Shown here: piece after piece, positions 59,797 to 64,000 of the stretch
How the letters are laid out: each line of letters begins with the position of its first letter
Position numbering within the stretch: the stretch's first letter is position 1
Assembly: GCA_963932905.1 (NCBI GenBank)
Contig: CAWVRN010000025.1
Coordinates: forward strand, 1-64,000
DNA length: 64,000 bases
From: an uncultured Bdellovibrio sp.
GTDB lineage: Bacteria > Bdellovibrionota > Bdellovibrionia > Bdellovibrionales > Bdellovibrionaceae
Direction: 5' to 3'
The notes under the pieces: model-generated
What the model saw: only the letters and a program-made list of their open reading frames with translations
Database searches by the model: none
What the model was told of the DNA's origin: nothing
Program-made: the position numbers and the translations under genes

Positions 59797-60892
59797 ATTT
59801 TACAAAATAACTTAAAATTTCAAAATGGTTGGCGTGTGGAAACTGGTCAAACAGGGTGGCTTTAGATAGTCGAAATCCTTGTTTAGCTAACTTTACCGTA
59901 TCAAACAAGAAACTATCTAAATGACAGCTTACGTAGGCTACATGGTTGGCATCAATATTAGAATCAAACAAAGATCCTACACCACTGCGAGCCGGGTTCA
60001 CAAAATATAACTTACTACCTTTATCTTTAACAGCAGCGGCAATAAACGTATTCACATTTTCAAAAATGGAAACTGTTTCAGTTAAACCATTTTGCTCAAG
60101 ATTTTGCCGTAGTGGAATTAGATTTCTGAAATCATTTTCAATCACGCTCATATTTTTGCCATATTCTGACAAAAATAATGTAAAGTTACCAACCCCACTC
60201 CCAAATTCCACCACTCTATCAAACGAGGATACACCCAGGAACGTTTTTAAAATTTTAATCATGCGAATGCTTAGCTCTGGATTGGTTTGCGTAAATGAGC
60301 TAATAAGTGCATTCAAGGGTACCGTAGCGTCTTTAAACACGGTTTGAAACCAAGGATATGGTTCTGGATCTGATAATTTAAAGCCGTTTTCGATTGAAAC
60401 GACTCGCTTACCTTTCTGACCCATCTCGACAACAACACCAGATTCAAATAGGGGAGCTAAATATTTTATATCTGACAAAATGTGTTTAATATCAAGATTG
60501 GCCAAATCTAACCAAACACCCTTTTTCCCGTCTGGGCTAACACGAAGTCGCATTGAACCTAAACGTATTGGCCACTGTATTTTAGTTATCTCTTTTGTTA
60601 GTTCCACCAGATCTTTGGTGTGCAGCGGGCATTCATCAATAGGAAGAAACGTCTTCTGCTGATCGTACCAACCTAAACGGCCTTCAGCATAAACAAAATC
60701 GCTACGAGTTCGATAACCGTCAAAAACGGGAAATACATAGTCAAATTCAGTATGAGCTAACACAACGGGCGCAAACTTTTGATTCAAATGATCAATGAAT
60801 TTCTTCTTTTTAAGATTCTTTTGTTCTTCAAATTCCAGATGACCTAAAGGACAGCCACGACAAGAACCGATGTATTTACATGCCAGCTTCAT
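59795..60892 (-). CDS. RNA m5U methyltransferase (RlmD/RlmC/TrmA family), no TRAM domain
   Basis: CKYIGSCRGC, SFTQTN, EFGSGVGNF, YVSC, DQFPHANHFE. Confidence 0.85.
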   Translation of the reverse strand: MKLACKYIGSCRGCPLGHLEFEEQKNLKKKKFIDHLNQKFAPVVLAHTEFDYVFPVFDGYRTRSDFVYAEGRLGWYDQQKTFLPIDECPLHTKDLVELTKEITKIQWPIRLGSMRLRVSPDGKKGVWLDLANLDIKHILSDIKYLAPLFESGVVVEMGQKGKRVVSIENGFKLSDPEPYPWFQTVFKDATVPLNALISSFTQTNPELSIRMIKILKTFLGVSSFDRVVEFGSGVGNFTLFLSEYGKNMSVIENDFRNLIPLRQNLEQNGLTETVSIFENVNTFIAAAVKDKGSKLYFVNPARSGVGSLFDSNIDANHVAYVSCHLDSFLFDTVKLAKQGFRLSKATLFDQFPHANHFEILSYFVK

Positions 60893-62157
60893 TATTCCAC
60901 TATCATATCCAAGACTCGCATATAAGGCAACTCGATGACAAACTCAGTATGAGCGGATTTCGAATTGTAAAACAAACGGCCTTCGTGATTTTCAACAATG
61001 GCCTTTGATAGACTTAGCCCTAAACCGGTGCCTTGCCCACGCTCTTTCGTCGTGTAGAAAGGATTCATAATTTTATCCGCAACATCGGAAGCTAACCCGG
61101 AACCAGAATCGCGGACGATAACATTCAACGACTCAGCTTCAATTTTATATTCGATCTCAATCCATTTCTCTGACAGATTTTTAATTGCATCTAGTGAATT
61201 AATTATTAAATTTAATAGAACCTGAATCATTTGCGTATCATAGGCAGAAATTTCAACGTCGAATGCGGGCTTTTTTATTTTTAGCTCAATGTCATTCTTC
61301 TTTAAGCGCTCCTGACACAATTCAAGCGAATCTGAAATTACTTTGGTTAATACGACCGGAGATTTCTTTTCTTCACCATTGTAGGCAAAGTGACGAAGTC
61401 CATTAATGATTTTCACTATTCTTTCAACTGTTTGATTTACTTTCACAATGGAATCAGCAATTTCTGGCAGCAACATATTTTTTTTCAATAAATTCTTTTC
61501 CAGATTACCCAGGCGTGAAACGATTATTGTTAGTGGATTATTAATTTCATGGGCAATGCCAACAGCCACCTCACCTAACGTCGCCATTTTTCCAGCCTGC
61601 ATATGAGCCCGTTTTTCATGCTCCAATGAAAGATCAATTTGCGTAACCTTGTTTTCTAGAGTCTGATTCAGCTCCATCAAAGTATCGATAGCATTATTTT
61701 TCGCACTAACTTCTAAAACCTTAACAAATCGTTTAGCGGCGATAAAGAAATAGGGTAGTCGGGTCTTCCAAGCTGACATTGATTTGCTTTTTCTGGCCGA
61801 TACCGCCACACAGCCAGACAGCACATTCTCAATAAACAAAGGAATCAAGATGCGTTTTTGTTTTTTAGAATCGAAAGCATAAAAAGGCTTTGATTTTGAT
61901 CGCAACAGATTTTCATACTTAAATTGGGACAATGGAAATTCTTTTACTTTTATGTCGCCGTCGCTCAAGGCAAAGATTTTAATTTCATTCTTTCGTGGAT
62001 TCACTACCCAAAATTTTAACCGATAATGAGGGAACACGGCCTGATATTCCTCGATGATAGTCTGTATAGACTTAGAAAAATCGGTTCCAGTTTCTTTAGT
62101 ATCAAATAGACGAATCAGAAAATCGTTCAACACAGTCATTAGCCACCCACGAGTCAA
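60892..62157 (-). CDS. Histidine kinase, probably cytoplasmic with a GAF-like N-terminus
   Basis: LGEVAVGIAHEINNPL, DSGSG, PFYTTK, GTGLGLS. Confidence 0.9.
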   Translation of the reverse strand: MTRGWLMTVLNDFLIRLFDTKETGTDFSKSIQTIIEEYQAVFPHYRLKFWVVNPRKNEIKIFALSDGDIKVKEFPLSQFKYENLLRSKSKPFYAFDSKKQKRILIPLFIENVLSGCVAVSARKSKSMSAWKTRLPYFFIAAKRFVKVLEVSAKNNAIDTLMELNQTLENKVTQIDLSLEHEKRAHMQAGKMATLGEVAVGIAHEINNPLTIIVSRLGNLEKNLLKKNMLLPEIADSIVKVNQTVERIVKIINGLRHFAYNGEEKKSPVVLTKVISDSLELCQERLKKNDIELKIKKPAFDVEISAYDTQMIQVLLNLIINSLDAIKNLSEKWIEIEYKIEAESLNVIVRDSGSGLASDVADKIMNPFYTTKERGQGTGLGLSLSKAIVENHEGRLFYNSKSAHTEFVIELPYMRVLDMIVE

Positions 62158-62206
62158 TCTTCCCCATCTTAACCGTTTTTTTATAAAATGCTAGGATTGG
62201 TTGTTT

Positions 62207-62866
62207 TTACTGGGCTTTAAGCTGCGTATCAATCAAGCAACTTGCTTTAGATTTAATCACCCCGTCGGACGCATGCAAATCGCGTTCTGTAAAACCCACG
62301 GTGATATGCGGATAGAAATCTTCAGGATTGAATCCCGACGCTAGACCACCACGGGTCTTGTAAAGCGTGGCGATAGTACGACGTAAAGATAACAATTCTG
62401 GCGCGTCCACGACGATAAAGTAGGTTGAGAGCGTCTTTTTATCCTCTTTTATTTGACCACGACCAACACACAAAATTTCAAACGGTGTTTCTTGAATCCG
62501 ATTCAACAACGCAACTTCATTTAGTAGCTCCATTGTTAAGACTGATTTTAGTTGTTCAAATTCTGGTGGTGTGATCACGGTGATGTGAGCCTCCCCACGA
62601 TTTTGCAAAATCACTTTTTCTTTTTTTTCGACATCTTTTCTAATCACTGCGATGGGATCAAACGCGATATTCATCGACAGATATGGAGCCGGTATTTTTG
62701 AATTATCAATAAATGTAATTTTCTTATAAATTTCCGAATCTATAGCAATGGCGGCTGGATTTATATCGACCGGAGCTGATGACTTTGTCGCCACTTTCTT
62801 TTGAACGCAATTCATTAGGCCACAAGCAATAATTACGGCCATAATCGCTTTAAGTATATCGAGCAT
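62207..62866 (-). CDS. 2H phosphoesterase family, probable lipoprotein
   Basis: Two HxT motifs (AHITVI, PHITVG); N-terminal hydrophobic stretch followed by Cys. Confidence 0.8.
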   Translation of the reverse strand: MLDILKAIMAVIIACGLMNCVQKKVATKSSAPVDINPAAIAIDSEIYKKITFIDNSKIPAPYLSMNIAFDPIAVIRKDVEKKEKVILQNRGEAHITVITPPEFEQLKSVLTMELLNEVALLNRIQETPFEILCVGRGQIKEDKKTLSTYFIVVDAPELLSLRRTIATLYKTRGGLASGFNPEDFYPHITVGFTERDLHASDGVIKSKASCLIDTQLKAQ

Positions 62867-62906
62867 TCCATTGACCTTTCAGAAAGGTTTTGATTTAGTC
62901 TTACCT

Positions 62907-64000
62907 ATGAAAACAAACTCAACGCCAAGACACAAATTCATTCTTCTATGTTTTATCATTACCTTCACTTTATTTCCAATTGGTTCTCGTTTAGCGCCCA
63001 ACCCCACAGATGCTAAGGACGCGACTCGCGATCTTGGTATTGAGCTCTACACCAACCAACGGCAACTTACCTTCGAAGGTCCTAAATCTGGAGAGGGCTA
63101 CTTTAGTGCTGACGGGAACAAGATGATTCTTCAGTCAGAACGTCATCCAAACAACCCATTCTATCAAATGTACATTTTAGATTTAAAATCAGGCAAGATT
63201 GACCGCCTTTCCCCGGGGCAAGGAAAAACAACGTGTGGTTGGATTCATCCTAATCTAAAGAAAGCAATGTGGTCATCAACCCACCTAGACCCTGAATGGG
63301 AAAGAAAACAAAAAGAAGAAGTTGAATCACGCAAAAATCCGGTCAAAGGTAAATATTCATGGTCATACGATGAACAATATGACATTTTTGAATCATCCCT
63401 AGATGGCAAGAATGTTAAACGCCTTACCAAAGAACTTGGCTACGATGCAGAGGGGTCATATTCTCCAGACGGTCAATGGATCGCCTTTGCTAGCAACCGC
63501 ACCGGTTACAGCCCTCCCCTAAACCCGGAAGACAAGGCCCTTTTCGAAAAAGATCCGTCTAGCCAAATGGAAATATATATCATGAAAGCTGACGGCACCG
63601 GAGTTCGCAGACTAACGAACAATATTGGCTATGACGGAGGACCGTTCTTCAGTGCCGATGGTAAAAAGATCACTTGGAGACGATTTGATCGCACGGGTGC
63701 GACAGCGGAAATCTATACAATGAATATCGACGGTACCGATCAGAAACAAATCACTCATTTGAGCGCGATGTCGTGGGCCCCATACTATCATCCATCTGGA
63801 AAATATGTGATATTTGCAACTAGTGTTCTAGGTTATTCTAATTTTGAACTGTTTATTGTTGATAGTGAAGGCAAACAAAAACCGATACGTGTTACCAACG
63901 ATGAAGGTTTTGATGGTCTAGCTAGCTTTTCACCTGATGGAAAGAAATTAACATGGACACACCGAAATGAAAAAGGGGAGAGTCAGATTTATTTAGCTGA
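62907..64000 (+). CDS. TolB-like PD40 beta-propeller protein, partial (runs off the right edge; absent from the ORF track)
   Basis: Hand translation: MKTNS...RQLTFEGPKSGEGYFSADG..GYDAEGSYSPDGQWIAFAS..GYDGGPFFSADG.. Confidence 0.85.
   Translation, partial: MKTNSTPRHKFILLCFIITFTLFPIGSRLAPNPTDAKDATRDLGIELYTNQRQLTFEGPKSGEGYFSADGNKMILQSERHPNNPFYQMYILDLKSGKIDRLSPGQGKTTCGWIHPNLKKAMWSSTHLDPEWERKQKEEVESRKNPVKGKYSWSYDEQYDIFESSLDGKNVKRLTKELGYDAEGSYSPDGQWIAFASNRTGYSPPLNPEDKALFEKDPSSQMEIYIMKADGTGVRRLTNNIGYDGGPFFSADGKKITWRRFDRTGATAEIYTMNIDGTDQKQITHLSAMSWAPYYHPSGKYVIFATSVLGYSNFELFIVDSEGKQKPIRVTNDEGFDGLASFSPDGKKLTWTHRNEKGESQIYLA

Overview
AT-rich bacterial chromosomal DNA that most resembles a Bdellovibrionota (Bdellovibrio-like predator) genome; this is inferred from gene content and protein families, not from a database search. 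Housekeeping blocks: purine operon (purM-purN-orf-purB-purC-purS-purQ-purL-purF), peptidoglycan recycling (ldcA, serine hydrolase, mpl), hflX, mutS, sufE, and a heme operon (hemA, hemC with a HemD-like tail, hemL, a two-component pair, hemE, hemN, hemY/G, hemH). Most notable: (1) a mobile-element family, made of the 3' end of an IS1-like transposase at the left edge plus two 260-bp MITE-like copies sharing a 27-bp hairpin-containing terminal inverted repeat; (2) a ZorB/ZorA-like (MotB/MotA) motor pair in reversed order, followed by a 1074-aa FHA/coiled-coil membrane protein and no Zorya effectors; (3) a PHA locus (hydrolase, class III phaC, phaE-like, phaR, phasin with a PhaR-type box); (4) a Cyc2-like monoheme cytochrome-porin; (5) hflX with no canonical start codon upstream of its conserved N-terminus; (6) two distant secreted Cys-rich paralogs behind sigma28-like promoters, a recurrent TCTCA-N3-TGAGA intergenic palindrome, and an apparent GC-skew reversal near the right end. 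No rRNA, tRNA or CRISPR array was recognised.
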